64,000 nucleotides of DNA from Candidatus Tenderia electrophaga (GCA_001447805.1 CP013099.1:3524235-3588234), one strand, 5' to 3'; shown: positions 11,317 to 21,707, counted from the stretch's first letter. A program made the numbers and translations. Notes: generated from the sequence alone by a model not told the origin.

Positions 11317-11577
11317 TTAAGCGGGCGCATGGCTGAGCGGTTTGCTCTTGCGCGGTGCGGGTGACGGCAGTTGTCCCAGCATGGCGTAGAGCGGATCCCA
11401 GGCCATGATTGCGGTCATCACCGGATACACCGAGGCCAGGGTGATCCAAGGGTTGCTCGCAAACGAGGTGGCGATGCTGGCACTCGAGCTAAAGATGAGT
11501 GCGATCATTGCGGCGCCCAGCACTAAACGGGCGAACCGCTCTAACGGATGAATATTGTCATAAGGTGTCTTCAGCAT
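11317..11577 (-). CDS. Small inner-membrane protein, DUF2892 (YgaP-like TM domain)
   Basis: 86 aa with two hydrophobic segments. AGGAG RBS 6 nt upstream of the ATG. Confidence 0.5.
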   Translation of the reverse strand: MLKTPYDNIHPLERFARLVLGAAMIALIFSSSASIATSFASNPWITLASVYPVMTAIMAWDPLYAMLGQLPSPAPRKSKPLSHAPA

Positions 11578-11865
11578 GATGTTGTCTCCTGTACAGCGGT
11601 GGTTGGGGTGCAGGCCCTTTTGCGCCTACGTCCAAGACTGTGCAGGGGGCGTGCCAGACATGGCTTGCTGTGAATAAACCGAGCTCATACAGTGGCTTGT
11701 GTTTATATGCCGGATGTTTCTGTGCCTCGGACAAACAGCGCAAAGGCGCAACAATGTCGACATTGTTCACAATGTTCTTGTGCGCCGCGCCTGGTCGCCA
11801 TTCTCTTGGCTCTGGGCGTGCCCTGGTCATGGCTGACTGATTTTGAAAGTACGACAACCGTGACG

Positions 11866-13371
11866 CTACCACTCCACCGCGCCGAAGCCGCTACTGCCCA
11901 GATAGGTGTAAGCCAGGCTTATGGCCCGCACGTTTTGCCGTGTGGCGGGCTGAGTGGGATAGTGGGCGTCGCGGCTGGAACTGCTGTAGCGCAGGGTGAT
12001 GCTGTGACGTTGATGCAGGCGTATGGTCAGGTCAATGCGGGCACGGCCGATGTGCTCTGTGCCATCGGGTTCGCCCGCGCCCAGCTCACTGACGTAGTGG
12101 TGACTCAGTTCGACGTCCAGGGCGGCACGGTCGGCGAAAACCAGGCGCGAGGTCAATAGGCCCTGCGGGGTGACGCCATCGTGATAATCGTAATCGCCGG
12201 CGCCGCGCAGCGTGCCGGCCACGCCGTAACCGATACCGACATAGGCCGTACCCTGCAACGCTACATAGCGCGACAACCACCATTGATTGGTGCTGCCGAG
12301 GCCGACCGAGGTGCTGGAAACGCGGAAAAACTGCGGCGCGATATAGTCATAGCTGCCGTAAACGCCCCAGACGCCGCGGTGCGCTGCGCCCATGGCATAG
12401 CCGCGGCCATAGAGCAGGCCGCGGCTATGTATATTTTCAAAGACATTGCTGTTGACGGCGCTGAACTGGAAATGGAAATAGTCGAACGGGCGCCGGTAGC
12501 GATAACCGGGTTTGCCCGGAAGGCCGTAAGACATGGCGACGTCCGCCAAGACCTCGCCCTCTTGATAGCTTTGCGGAATGGGTTCGGCGTCGGCGTCTGG
12601 ATTCAGGTTGATATTCGAGTGCATGTCGGCGTTTATATTTACACCGAGCTGGGCGCGGATATAGATCGCCGGGTGTCGGCTGGAGAAGATGCCGCTAAAG
12701 CGATCGCCGAAACCGACTCGGTTGAAACCCGTGGCTGGCGACAGCGCGGCGGCGCCCAATTCCCGCCAGACGCCTGCGGGGGTGTCGCCGCTTTCCAGCA
12801 GCAGGCTGGCCATGCGAAACAGGGATTCGCCCAGAATGCTGCCGCCGACGCTGGTGGTGAGCAGATCATTAATAGAGGGCTGGCTGGTTTCGCCGGCCAT
12901 CTCCCACATCAGACTGCCGGCCGTGGTATAGCCCATGGACGACCAAAAGCCGTGGCCGGTGGAGCGGGCGGCACCGAAATAGATGGTGCCCCCATAGGGA
13001 TGCAGAAACTGATTGATGGCAAAGGGGTCATTGTCATACGCCCAGCCGCGTTCCAAGTTGTTCTTGAACGAGCTGAAGTCCGAGTGGTAAACCTCGGAAT
13101 CGAGAAAATGCCGATCATATTGGTTCATGGCGAGATTGAAACCCACCACCTCCAGGGCCGCGATCAGATCGCTGTTGGCCTTGCCCTCGCCCCAGCCGAG
13201 GACCACTTCCGTTTGTTGAGCTGCCATTGTTTCCGTTGGCACGCTATCGAACGGTCGCCCAGGCGGCGTCGCCTCTTCGGCCAGGGGCATGATCGGCATT
13301 GACACGAAAAGTGCCATAACGGCCGTGATAAATTTCCCGCGAGTCGATCTATTGCCTACACGGGCACGCAT
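11866..13371 (-). CDS. Hypothetical outer-membrane protein (predicted beta-barrel; DUF3943-like?)
   Basis: 501 aa. N-terminal signal peptide (n-region MRARVGNRSTRGK, h-region FITAVMALFVSMPIMPLA). Gly/Tyr-rich alternating pattern. The C-terminal aromatic residue (…GFGAVEW) is typical of OMPs. Confidence 0.55.
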   Translation of the reverse strand: MRARVGNRSTRGKFITAVMALFVSMPIMPLAEEATPPGRPFDSVPTETMAAQQTEVVLGWGEGKANSDLIAALEVVGFNLAMNQYDRHFLDSEVYHSDFSSFKNNLERGWAYDNDPFAINQFLHPYGGTIYFGAARSTGHGFWSSMGYTTAGSLMWEMAGETSQPSINDLLTTSVGGSILGESLFRMASLLLESGDTPAGVWRELGAAALSPATGFNRVGFGDRFSGIFSSRHPAIYIRAQLGVNINADMHSNINLNPDADAEPIPQSYQEGEVLADVAMSYGLPGKPGYRYRRPFDYFHFQFSAVNSNVFENIHSRGLLYGRGYAMGAAHRGVWGVYGSYDYIAPQFFRVSSTSVGLGSTNQWWLSRYVALQGTAYVGIGYGVAGTLRGAGDYDYHDGVTPQGLLTSRLVFADRAALDVELSHHYVSELGAGEPDGTEHIGRARIDLTIRLHQRHSITLRYSSSSRDAHYPTQPATRQNVRAISLAYTYLGSSGFGAVEW

Positions 13372-13435
13372 TTTTCCCAGGTGTTATTGCCGCGTCCGGC
13401 GTGACTGCCCGGGCCTTGTGTCTTTGCTCGGGGCC

Positions 13436-13861
13436 TCACTTGAGCGCGGCCTGCAAGGTGATCTCCACGCCCTTCAGGGCCTTTGATACCGGGCAATTGG
13501 TCTTGGCCGACTGGGCTAACTTTTCGAATTCCGCCGCCTCGAGTTTGGGTACCTGGGCCTGGGTGTCGAGTTCGATGCGGGTGATGGCATAGCCGTCCTC
13601 TTGTTGATCCAGCTGCACTCGGGCACGGGTATCGATGCGCTCCGGGGTATAGTGGGCCTGTTCCAACATCAAGGCCAGGGCCATGGAAAAGCAGCCGGCG
13701 TGGGCAGCTCCGATTAACTCCTCCGGATTGCTGCCCGACTCGCTTTCAAAACGTGAGGCGGCGGAATACCGGGTTTCAAAGGCCCCGCTTTCCACCTGCA
13801 TTGTGCCTTGGCCAGATTTCAACCCACCCTTCCAGTGGGCCTGTGCGGTACGTGTGGACAT
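13436..13861 (-). CDS. osmC: OsmC peroxiredoxin (osmotically inducible protein C)
   Basis: Near-colinear match to E. coli OsmC (AHWKGGLKSGQGT…NPEELIGAAHAGCFSMAL…CPVSKAL). GGAGGAG RBS. Confidence 0.85.
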   Translation of the reverse strand: MSTRTAQAHWKGGLKSGQGTMQVESGAFETRYSAASRFESESGSNPEELIGAAHAGCFSMALALMLEQAHYTPERIDTRARVQLDQQEDGYAITRIELDTQAQVPKLEAAEFEKLAQSAKTNCPVSKALKGVEITLQAALK

Positions 13862-14165
13862 CGTCTTCTCCTCCTTGGATTGGGATTCTCAAGCGCAGAC
13901 CACCCAGTGGCTCGGCGATCACGGGCTAACATCAAGGCTAACAAAACGGGTTTTAGATTCATTGAGAACTATCAATCGCGCGTCAGGCGCAGTGGAGACG
14001 CGGCCGATCACCGCGTTTACGCCGCTTATACTGTACATGCCGAATCGCGCCGCTGACGCTATGCGCCTGTGCCGCGAGGCCGATAGCGTCGGCAGGCCCC
14101 GCGCTGTTTGCCCTTTACAGCCCGTCCTAGTATCTTCCGGACTCTAGCACTGTGAGTGATGATTT

Positions 14166-14783
14166 ATGACCAAGCCTATGATTTGTCTGGGCTCCGCCTC
14201 GCCGCGGCGGGCCGAGTTGCTGGCTCAGATCGGCGTGTCCTTTAAAGTGGCGACGGCGGATATCGACGAGTCGCCGCAACCCGGCGAGGTGCCGGAAGTC
14301 TATGTGTTGAGGATGGCGCGGCATAAGGCCGCGGCGGTGTCGGCGCAACATCCAGACCTGCCGGTGCTGGCGGCCGACACCACGGTGGTGGTGGACGGCG
14401 AGATCCTGGGCAAGCCGCGCGACGCGGCCGACGGGCTGGCCATGCTGGAGCGCCTCTCGGGTCGCGCCCACCAGGTATTGACAGCGCTGGCCGTGGTTGA
14501 AGCGGGCGTGGCGGCGCGCCGCGCCAGCCGGCTTAACGTAAATAAGGTAGTATTCCGGGCCACGACGGCGGCGGAGCGCCTGGCCTATTGGCGCACCGGC
14601 GAAGCGGCGGACAAGGCCGGCGCCTATGCCATCCAAGGGCGTGCGGCGGCGTTCATCGAACATCTGGAAGGCAGCTTTTCGGCGGTGATGGGGCTGCCGC
14701 TGTTCGAGACCGCCCAACTGTTGGCGGAATTTGGAATCAATGTCTGTGATCACTGGTCTGACAACGGGGGCGAAGGCGCGTAG
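14166..14783 (+). CDS. maf: Maf-like nucleoside triphosphate pyrophosphatase
   Basis: LGSASPRRAELL signature. Followed 3 nt later by rng, as in the E. coli mre-maf-rng arrangement. The start could be the second ATG at 14178. Confidence 0.85.
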   Translation: MTKPMICLGSASPRRAELLAQIGVSFKVATADIDESPQPGEVPEVYVLRMARHKAAAVSAQHPDLPVLAADTTVVVDGEILGKPRDAADGLAMLERLSGRAHQVLTALAVVEAGVAARRASRLNVNKVVFRATTAAERLAYWRTGEAADKAGAYAIQGRAAAFIEHLEGSFSAVMGLPLFETAQLLAEFGINVCDHWSDNGGEGA

Positions 14784-14786
14784 TTC

Positions 14787-16238
14787 ATGTCGATAGAAAT
14801 CCTGATGAATGTGACACCTCATGAGACCCGCGTGGCGGTGGTTGAGAACGGCGTGCTGCAAGAGGTGATTATCGAGCGCGAGCGTCGCCGCGGCCTGGTG
14901 GGTAATATATATAAAGGTAAGGTGTCGCGGGTGCTGCCCGGCATGCAGGCGGCCTTCATCGACATCGGCCTGGACCGTGCCGCCTTCCTGCATGCCTCGG
15001 ACATCGCTCAAGCGGGCGAGGCGGAGACGCACAGCGACAACATCACCCACTTGCTGCGCGAGGGCCAGGAGGTGCTGGTGCAGGTGATCAAGGACCCGCT
15101 CGGCACCAAGGGCGCGCGTCTGACCACCCATATCACCGTTCCGTCACGCTTTCTGGTGTTTACCCCGGAGGTGTTTCATGCCGGCGTCTCGCTCAAGATC
15201 GAGGACGAGCTGGAACGCCGACGCCTCAAGGATGTGATGTCGGTGTTGATGCACGGCGCCGCCGGTGGCTACATCGCCCGCACCGCCGCCGAGGGGGTGC
15301 CCATCGCGGCCCTGCGCGCCGATACCGAGTTTCTCAACAAGCTGTGGGAGTCCATCAGCGAGCGCAGCGCCGCCGCCCGGGCGGGCGAGATCGTCCACGA
15401 AGACCTGCCGCTGGTGATGCGTATCCTGCGCGACGTGGTGGACGGCGAGGTGGAAAAACTGCGCATCGATTCGCGCCGTGCCACGCGTCGGGTGAGCCAG
15501 TTCGCCGAGCAGTTCATGCCCGAGCTGGCGGCGCGGGTGGAGCACTATCCGGGCGAGCGCCCCATCTTCGACCTCTACGGCGTGGAGGACGAGATCCAGA
15601 AGGCGCTGGAGCGCAAGGTGCATCTCAAATCCGGCGGCTATCTGATTATCGATCAGACCGAGGCCATGACCACCATCGACGTCAACACCGGCGCCTTTGT
15701 CGGCCACCGCAATCTGGAAGAGACCATCTTCAAGACCAACCTGGAGGCCACCCAGACCATCGCCCGCCAGCTGCGGCTGCGCAACCTGGGCGGCATCATT
15801 ATCATCGACTTCATCGATATGATCGAGGAGGAACACAAACGCCAGGTGCTGCGTTCGTTACAGAAGAACCTGGAGCGCGATCGCGCCAAGAGCCATATCA
15901 CCGAGGTCTCGACCCTGGGCCTGGTGGAGATGACGCGCAAACGCACCCGCGAGAGCCTGGAGCACGTGCTGTGCGAACCCTGCCCGGTATGCAGCGGTCG
16001 CGGCACCCAGAAGACGCCGGAGACGGTGTGCTTCGAGATCTTCCGCGAGATCCTGCGCGAGGCGCGCCAGTTCGACGCCCAGCAGTACCTGGTGCTGGCC
16101 TCGCAGGAGGTGGTGGATATCCTGCTCGACGAGGAGTCCACCAGCATCGCCGAGCTGGAAGAGTTCATCGGCAAGCCCATCAAACTGCAGGTGGAGTCGC
16201 TCTACAGCCAGGAGCACTTCGACGTGGTCATGATGTGA
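14787..16238 (+). CDS. rng: Ribonuclease G
   Basis: S1 domain plus RNase E/G catalytic core, 483 aa. Lies between maf and yhdP. Confidence 0.9.
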   Translation: MSIEILMNVTPHETRVAVVENGVLQEVIIERERRRGLVGNIYKGKVSRVLPGMQAAFIDIGLDRAAFLHASDIAQAGEAETHSDNITHLLREGQEVLVQVIKDPLGTKGARLTTHITVPSRFLVFTPEVFHAGVSLKIEDELERRRLKDVMSVLMHGAAGGYIARTAAEGVPIAALRADTEFLNKLWESISERSAAARAGEIVHEDLPLVMRILRDVVDGEVEKLRIDSRRATRRVSQFAEQFMPELAARVEHYPGERPIFDLYGVEDEIQKALERKVHLKSGGYLIIDQTEAMTTIDVNTGAFVGHRNLEETIFKTNLEATQTIARQLRLRNLGGIIIIDFIDMIEEEHKRQVLRSLQKNLERDRAKSHITEVSTLGLVEMTRKRTRESLEHVLCEPCPVCSGRGTQKTPETVCFEIFREILREARQFDAQQYLVLASQEVVDILLDEESTSIAELEEFIGKPIKLQVESLYSQEHFDVVMM

Positions 16239-16284
16239 GCCGCGGCGCGGTCCCGGGCTGCGTCATCTTCTATGCTTAGTATCT

Positions 16285-19200
16285 GTGAACGTCAGCGTTA
16301 AAATCATTCGCTTCATTTCCCGGCACACCTGGTGGTGGACGGCCGGCTTCATCATCCTGCTGGCCGTGCTGCTCACCGCCGCGCGTCTGCTGTTGCCGCA
16401 ATTGGGCGGCTACAAGGCCGAGCTGGAGCAGCAGATCAGCCAGGTCTTGGGCCAACCGGTGCAGGTGCGCGATTTCGAGGTGGGCTGGCACGGCGACGGT
16501 CCGCGCCTGTATCTGCACCAGGTGCGGCTGCTGGACCAGGCGGGCACGCAGACCCTGTTCGGTTTTGACGAGGCCTATATCGATGTCTCCCTGCCCCTGA
16601 CCCTGTATCGCGGCCAGATTGCCCTGCATGACCTGACCCTGAGCGGCATCGAGCTGAGCCTGGTGCGCCAGGCCGACGGCGAAATCACCCTGGGCGAAAT
16701 GAGTTTTCCCAGCGCCGGCCAGCACAACGGCGATGGCGCTGCGGTATTCCGCTGGCTGTTCCGGCAGAACAGTCTGGCGATCGAAAACAGCCTCCTGCAC
16801 TGGCGCGACCATCGCCAGGGTGACTACCAGGTCACCATGCGCGATGTGAATCTGCTGCTGCGCAACAGCGGCGAAAAACATAGTCTCAGCGGTCGGCTGG
16901 CCCTGCCGTCCACCCTGGGCGGCCAGGTGCGGGTGATGGCCGAAGCGCGCGGCGGCGTGGATGATTTCAGCGACTGGACGGTGGACATGTATGCCGAGGG
17001 CGCCGGCCTGGAATTGGTGCAGTGGCTGGTGGACCGGCCCGGCCTGGGCATGCGCATGGTCAGCGGCCAGGCCGAATTGGAAGTGTGGGCCGGCTGGCGC
17101 GACAACCGGCTCGACACGCTCAAGGGCTATGTGTTCCTGCGCGACGCCTATCTGGCGCCGGATCAGCCGGTGCCCGAGATGCCGCAAGATGTGCAGCGGG
17201 TGTCCTCCCTGTTCGGCGAATTCGCGTGGCAGAACCGGGATCACGGCTGGACCCTGGACGTGGACCGCTTGCGCCTGGAAATGGACGGCGTCGCCTGGAC
17301 GCCGGCCCGCGTGCACGTGGCGCAGACCCCCACCGAGCGCGGCAGCCGGCTGGAGCTGGCCACCACGTTCGCACGCGTGGACGACCTCTCCACCCTGCTG
17401 GCGCTCAGTTCCATGCCCAGTCAGGCGCAACGCCAGATCCTGCTCACCACCAAGCCGCGCGGCGAACTGCGCAACACCTACCTCAGTCTGCAACTGGTGG
17501 ACGGCAAGATCCAAGACTATTTCGCCCGCGGCGAACTGCAGGATTTCGCCCTGCTGCCGTGGCAAGAATTTCCCGGTTTCGACGGCCTGGACGCCACGCT
17601 CAACATGAATCAATCGGGCGGCGTGGCCGACATCGGCACCCGCGGCGCCTATCTCGATGTGCGCCAGTGGTTCCGCGACTTTTTCGCCGTCGACGACATG
17701 CGCGGCCGCCTGGCCTGGCAGCGTCGGCCGGACGGGCTGTCGGTCGAGCTGCGGCACTTGGATATCGCCAACCAGGACGCCGCCGTGCGCCTCGACGGCA
17801 AGCTGTTTCTGCCCGCCGACGACGCCTCGCCGGTGGTGAAACTGCTGGCCGACTTCAAGCGCGGCAACGGCGCGGCGGCCAGCCGTTACCTGCCCGCCAA
17901 GATCATGCCCGAGCAGAGCGTGGCCTGGCTCGACCGCGCCATCGTCGCCGGCAAAGTCACCTCGGGCGGCATGCTGTTGCAGGGGCCGATTGAGCGCTTC
18001 CCGTTCACGGACGGTTCGGGGCGCTTTGAGATCCTGTTCAATGTCTCCGACGGCATCCTCGACTACCAGGCGGGTTGGCCGCGAGTCGAGGAGATTGAAA
18101 CCCAGGTGGCCTTCGTCGGCAAGCGCATGTCCATCGAGGCGGTGGCCGGCAAGGTGCTGGGTGCCGACCTCAAGCACGTGGATGTGCAGATCCCCAATCT
18201 GCGCGACAAGCCGGCCATGCTGCACCTGCTGGGGCGTGCCGAGGGCGGCGCCGACGACGTGGTGGATTTTCTCAACAAGAGCCCGCTGCAGCAGCGCTTC
18301 GGTGAGTTCACCGCGGGGGCGCAGGCGACCGGCCCGGCACAACTGGACCTCAGCCTGACCATTCCCCTGCAGGCCGACACCCAGGTGGAGACCCACGGCC
18401 TGGTGGCCTTCGACAACAGTGGCGTCGATTTCAAGCGCCTGGGGGTGGACCTGGACGCCATCTCCGGGATCGTCGAATTCAGCAACACAGGCGTGTCGGC
18501 CAAGTCGGTGGACGCGCAGGTGTTGGGCCAGCCGGCGACCATCGATATCTTCAGCGAGGCGCTGCCGCGCGACAAGACCAATCTGATCTTTGAGGCCGCC
18601 GGCGAGACCCGCTACAACGAACTGGGCAAGCGTCTCGACCTGTTCGTGTTTCCCCATCTCGACGGTCAAAGCCGCTGGCAGGCACGGCTGGAGATTCCGC
18701 GCAGTCAGCGCGGCGGCATCGTTCAGCCCACCCTCAAGCTCACCTCGGACCTGGTCGGCACCGCGGTGCAACTGCCGGCGCCGCTGCAAAAACAGGCCGC
18801 TTCGCCGCGTGAACTGGAAGTGTTCGCGCGCTTCGACGGCCAGGCGCGGCGCTGGTTTTTCGATTACGCCGCCGAGACACTGAGTGGCGTGTTCCTGTTG
18901 CAGGGTGATGCGGGTCTGACGCATGGCGAACTCCATTTCAACGGCCCCGCGCAGCTGCCAGAAAAGCCGGGCCTACGCATCGGCGGCCAGCTGGCGCGCT
19001 TCGATTACGGCCAATGGCAACCCTTGTTGGAGGACGATGCCGCCGCGGGCGCGGCCCAGGCCCGGAGCACGGCGGAGGCCCGGATATCGCCGGTGAATCA
19101 GCTCGATCTCAACATCAGGACCGCCCAATTGTTCGGCCAAACCCTGAGCGACGTCAGGGTGCAGGGCGAGCGCGGCACCTCCCTGTGGACGGTAGATGTC

Positions 19201-20205
19201 AGCAGCGACCGTCTGGTTGGTAAGATTTGGCTGCCAGAAAAACGCAACACCTTGGTGAAAATGGAATTGGAACGGCTCCATCTGGCCCGCCCGCCCAAGG
19301 GTGACGCGCAGCAGACGGCGCCGCAGGAAACGCCTGTCGACCCGGCTGACCTGCCGCCGCTGAGCATGACCAGCCGCCAGACCCGTTACGGCGATCTGGA
19401 CCTGGGCCGTGTAGAACTGGAAACCCGCCGCCGCGCCAACGGCCTCAAACTGGAGCGCTTGAGTGTGGCCTCGGGCATCGTCGAGGGCGTCATTCACGGC
19501 GACTGGCGCAAGGACGAGCGCCACCGCAGCCAGGTGGACGCCGACCTGCGCATTTACAATCTCGGCGCCCTGCTCACCGGGCTTGGCTATGCCCAGAGCA
19601 TCCGCAACGGAGAGGGCACCGGCCAGCTCGAACTGAGTTGGGACGGCCCCTTGCTGGATTACGACCTGGCCAGTCTCGACGGCACGGTGAATTTCGACTT
19701 CAACGACGGCAGCGTGCCGGAGGTGGAGCCCGGCGCCGGGCGCTTTTTCGGCCTGCTCAGTATCTCGGCCCTGCCGCGCCGCCTGAAGCTGGACTTCAGC
19801 GATTTCTTCGGCAAGGGCTTCGCCTTTGATTACATGCGCGGTCATTTCGATATCCGCGCCGGCAACGCCTTTACCGAGAATTTTGAAATGGACGGTCCCG
19901 CCGCCCGCATCGAACTCAGCGGCCGGGTCGGCCTGGTCCAGGAGGACTACGACCAGCGCGTCAAGGTCGTGCCCCATGTCACCTCCGGGCTGCCGACCCT
20001 GGCGGGCATTCTCACCGGCAGCATCGCCCCGGCCCTGGTGATGGCGCTGATCGAAAAGTTGGCCAGTTCGGAAGTGGACAAAGCCACCGGGATTTATTAC
20101 CAGGTCAGCGGCAGCTGGGACGATCCGAAGATCGAGCCTGTGGACCTGGTCAAGGGCGAAGCCCCGGCCGGAGATTCGGGCGCCAGCAGTCGCGCGCCGC
20201 GCTAA
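16285..20205 (+). CDS. yhdP: AsmA-like/YhdP family inner-membrane-anchored envelope protein
   Basis: 1306 aa with an N-terminal TM anchor. Position (rng - yhdP - tldD) is the same as E. coli yhdP. Confidence 0.85.
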   Translation: MNVSVKIIRFISRHTWWWTAGFIILLAVLLTAARLLLPQLGGYKAELEQQISQVLGQPVQVRDFEVGWHGDGPRLYLHQVRLLDQAGTQTLFGFDEAYIDVSLPLTLYRGQIALHDLTLSGIELSLVRQADGEITLGEMSFPSAGQHNGDGAAVFRWLFRQNSLAIENSLLHWRDHRQGDYQVTMRDVNLLLRNSGEKHSLSGRLALPSTLGGQVRVMAEARGGVDDFSDWTVDMYAEGAGLELVQWLVDRPGLGMRMVSGQAELEVWAGWRDNRLDTLKGYVFLRDAYLAPDQPVPEMPQDVQRVSSLFGEFAWQNRDHGWTLDVDRLRLEMDGVAWTPARVHVAQTPTERGSRLELATTFARVDDLSTLLALSSMPSQAQRQILLTTKPRGELRNTYLSLQLVDGKIQDYFARGELQDFALLPWQEFPGFDGLDATLNMNQSGGVADIGTRGAYLDVRQWFRDFFAVDDMRGRLAWQRRPDGLSVELRHLDIANQDAAVRLDGKLFLPADDASPVVKLLADFKRGNGAAASRYLPAKIMPEQSVAWLDRAIVAGKVTSGGMLLQGPIERFPFTDGSGRFEILFNVSDGILDYQAGWPRVEEIETQVAFVGKRMSIEAVAGKVLGADLKHVDVQIPNLRDKPAMLHLLGRAEGGADDVVDFLNKSPLQQRFGEFTAGAQATGPAQLDLSLTIPLQADTQVETHGLVAFDNSGVDFKRLGVDLDAISGIVEFSNTGVSAKSVDAQVLGQPATIDIFSEALPRDKTNLIFEAAGETRYNELGKRLDLFVFPHLDGQSRWQARLEIPRSQRGGIVQPTLKLTSDLVGTAVQLPAPLQKQAASPRELEVFARFDGQARRWFFDYAAETLSGVFLLQGDAGLTHGELHFNGPAQLPEKPGLRIGGQLARFDYGQWQPLLEDDAAAGAAQARSTAEARISPVNQLDLNIRTAQLFGQTLSDVRVQGERGTSLWTVDVSSDRLVGKIWLPEKRNTLVKMELERLHLARPPKGDAQQTAPQETPVDPADLPPLSMTSRQTRYGDLDLGRVELETRRRANGLKLERLSVASGIVEGVIHGDWRKDERHRSQVDADLRIYNLGALLTGLGYAQSIRNGEGTGQLELSWDGPLLDYDLASLDGTVNFDFNDGSVPEVEPGAGRFFGLLSISALPRRLKLDFSDFFGKGFAFDYMRGHFDIRAGNAFTENFEMDGPAARIELSGRVGLVQEDYDQRVKVVPHVTSGLPTLAGILTGSIAPALVMALIEKLASSEVDKATGIYYQVSGSWDDPKIEPVDLVKGEAPAGDSGASSRAPR

Positions 20206-20358
20206 GCCGGATGTCTCATCCCTGTTCGTGGCGAGACGGTTCAAGGGGGTGCCATTGGGCCGTCGCAGTAGAAAGGGGATGAGAAATTCGAGCCAAGGCC
20301 GGCCCCGCGGCGCACGGCACAGGTGTGAGAAATGTAGGTTAATGATATTCTTGCGCCG

Positions 20359-20889
20359 ATGAAGCGTTTGTTATTTTTACTCTTTTGTCTGATGCCCGGG
20401 GCCTGGGCGGCGCAGCAGCCGGTGGCCGAACTGGGGGCCGACTTCTGGTTTACGCCGCGCCATGGCGATGTGATCGCCGCGCGGGCCGACCTCGGTGCCG
20501 CGGTCAAACAATTACTGGCCGAGCCCGAGGCCTATCTGGTGTTGCGTTATCCCGAAGGCGAGTCGGGCGAGCTGTGGGGCCAGGAGTTGCAGGCCTGGCT
20601 GGTGGCCCTCGGCATCGCCTCGGACCGCATCGAATTGCAGGCCGATCCCGAGCGCCTGGACGCAGTGGCGGTGGTGCTGGTGGATCCGACCCTGCCCGAG
20701 CACGCCGAGCCGCTGCAAATCGATGCGCTGCCGGCCGCGGACGAGGCCCGGGTGAACGATCCCGCCGCCGCAAGCCCTGCCGCGCAGCCCATGGATGCCG
20801 CGGCGACGCCGCCGGCAGACACGGCTCAGGACGCGCAGGCGCCGCCGGTCGCGGAACAGGGGCAGGAAGAGCCGGTCGAAACGGAGTAG
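20359..20889 (+). CDS. Hypothetical secreted protein with acidic Ala/Pro/Gln-rich low-complexity C-terminus
   Basis: ATG at 20359. Signal peptide MKRLLFLLFCLMPGAWAA. Ends 2 nt before the nitrilase ATG. Confidence 0.45.
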   Translation: MKRLLFLLFCLMPGAWAAQQPVAELGADFWFTPRHGDVIAARADLGAAVKQLLAEPEAYLVLRYPEGESGELWGQELQAWLVALGIASDRIELQADPERLDAVAVVLVDPTLPEHAEPLQIDALPAADEARVNDPAAASPAAQPMDAAATPPADTAQDAQAPPVAEQGQEEPVETE

Positions 20890-20891
20890 GA

Positions 20892-21707
20892 ATGAATCAA
20901 AATCGTGTAGCTGCAGTGCAAATGGCCTCCGGGCCCAATGTGAATGCCAATTTGCTGGAGGCGGGTCGCCTCATCGCCAAGGCCGCGGGCGAAGGCGCCG
21001 GCATGGTGGTCTTGCCGGAAAACTTCGCCATTATGGGCGTCAAGGAACAGGATAAGGTGGCCGTGCGCGAACAAGACGGCCACGGGCCGATCCAGGAGTT
21101 TCTGGCCCAGCAGGCCGCCCGGCACGGCATCTGGGTGGTGGGTGGCACCGTGCCCATGGCGGCCCAGAGCCCGAGCAAGGTGCTGGCCGCCTGTCTGGTC
21201 TATAACGAGGCCGGCGAGCGGGTGGCGCGCTACGACAAGCTGCATCTGTTCGATGTGACTCTGGAAGGCGGCGCGGAAAAATATACCGAATCGGAGACCA
21301 TCGAACACGGCAAGGACGTGGTGGTGATCGACAGCCCCTTCGGCCGCATGGGCATCGCGGTGTGTTACGACCTGCGTTTTCCCGAGATGTTTCGCAAGAT
21401 GCTGGATCAGGATATGGAATTATTGGTCCTGCCCGCCGCCTTCACCGCCATTACCGGCAAGGCCCACTGGGAGGTGCTGGTGCGCGCCCGGGCCATCGAG
21501 AATCTTTGTTACGTGGTGGCCGCCGCCCAGGGCGGGTATCACGTCAACGGCCGCGAGACCCATGGCGACAGCATGGTGGTCAACCCCTGGGGTGTGGTGA
21601 TCGACCGCCTGCCGCGCGGTTCCGGCGTAGTCATGGGCGACATCGACCGCGACCAGCTGGCCGCCATGCGCCGCAGCCTGCCGGCCATCAGTCATCGCCG
21701 CCTGTAA
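20892..21707 (+). CDS. Carbon-nitrogen hydrolase (nitrilase superfamily, omega-amidase-like)
   Basis: ATG at 20892 with GGAG RBS. Catalytic E-K-C signature (VLPENF…; CYDLRFPE). The ORF-track 440-aa version is a spurious N-terminal extension. Confidence 0.8.
   Translation: MNQNRVAAVQMASGPNVNANLLEAGRLIAKAAGEGAGMVVLPENFAIMGVKEQDKVAVREQDGHGPIQEFLAQQAARHGIWVVGGTVPMAAQSPSKVLAACLVYNEAGERVARYDKLHLFDVTLEGGAEKYTESETIEHGKDVVVIDSPFGRMGIAVCYDLRFPEMFRKMLDQDMELLVLPAAFTAITGKAHWEVLVRARAIENLCYVVAAAQGGYHVNGRETHGDSMVVNPWGVVIDRLPRGSGVVMGDIDRDQLAAMRRSLPAISHRRL

Noticed and set aside
20385-21707. 440-aa ORF-track version of the nitrilase gene, and similar N-terminal extensions (cca from 4904, crp 408 aa, degS 506 aa, sigma-54 regulator 563 aa, hisE 166 aa, rpe 248 aa).
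   Set aside because: The extensions are Arg/Gly/Ala-rich read-through of upstream genes in other frames. Internal ATG/GTG codons with RBSs coincide with the conserved N-termini of the respective families.
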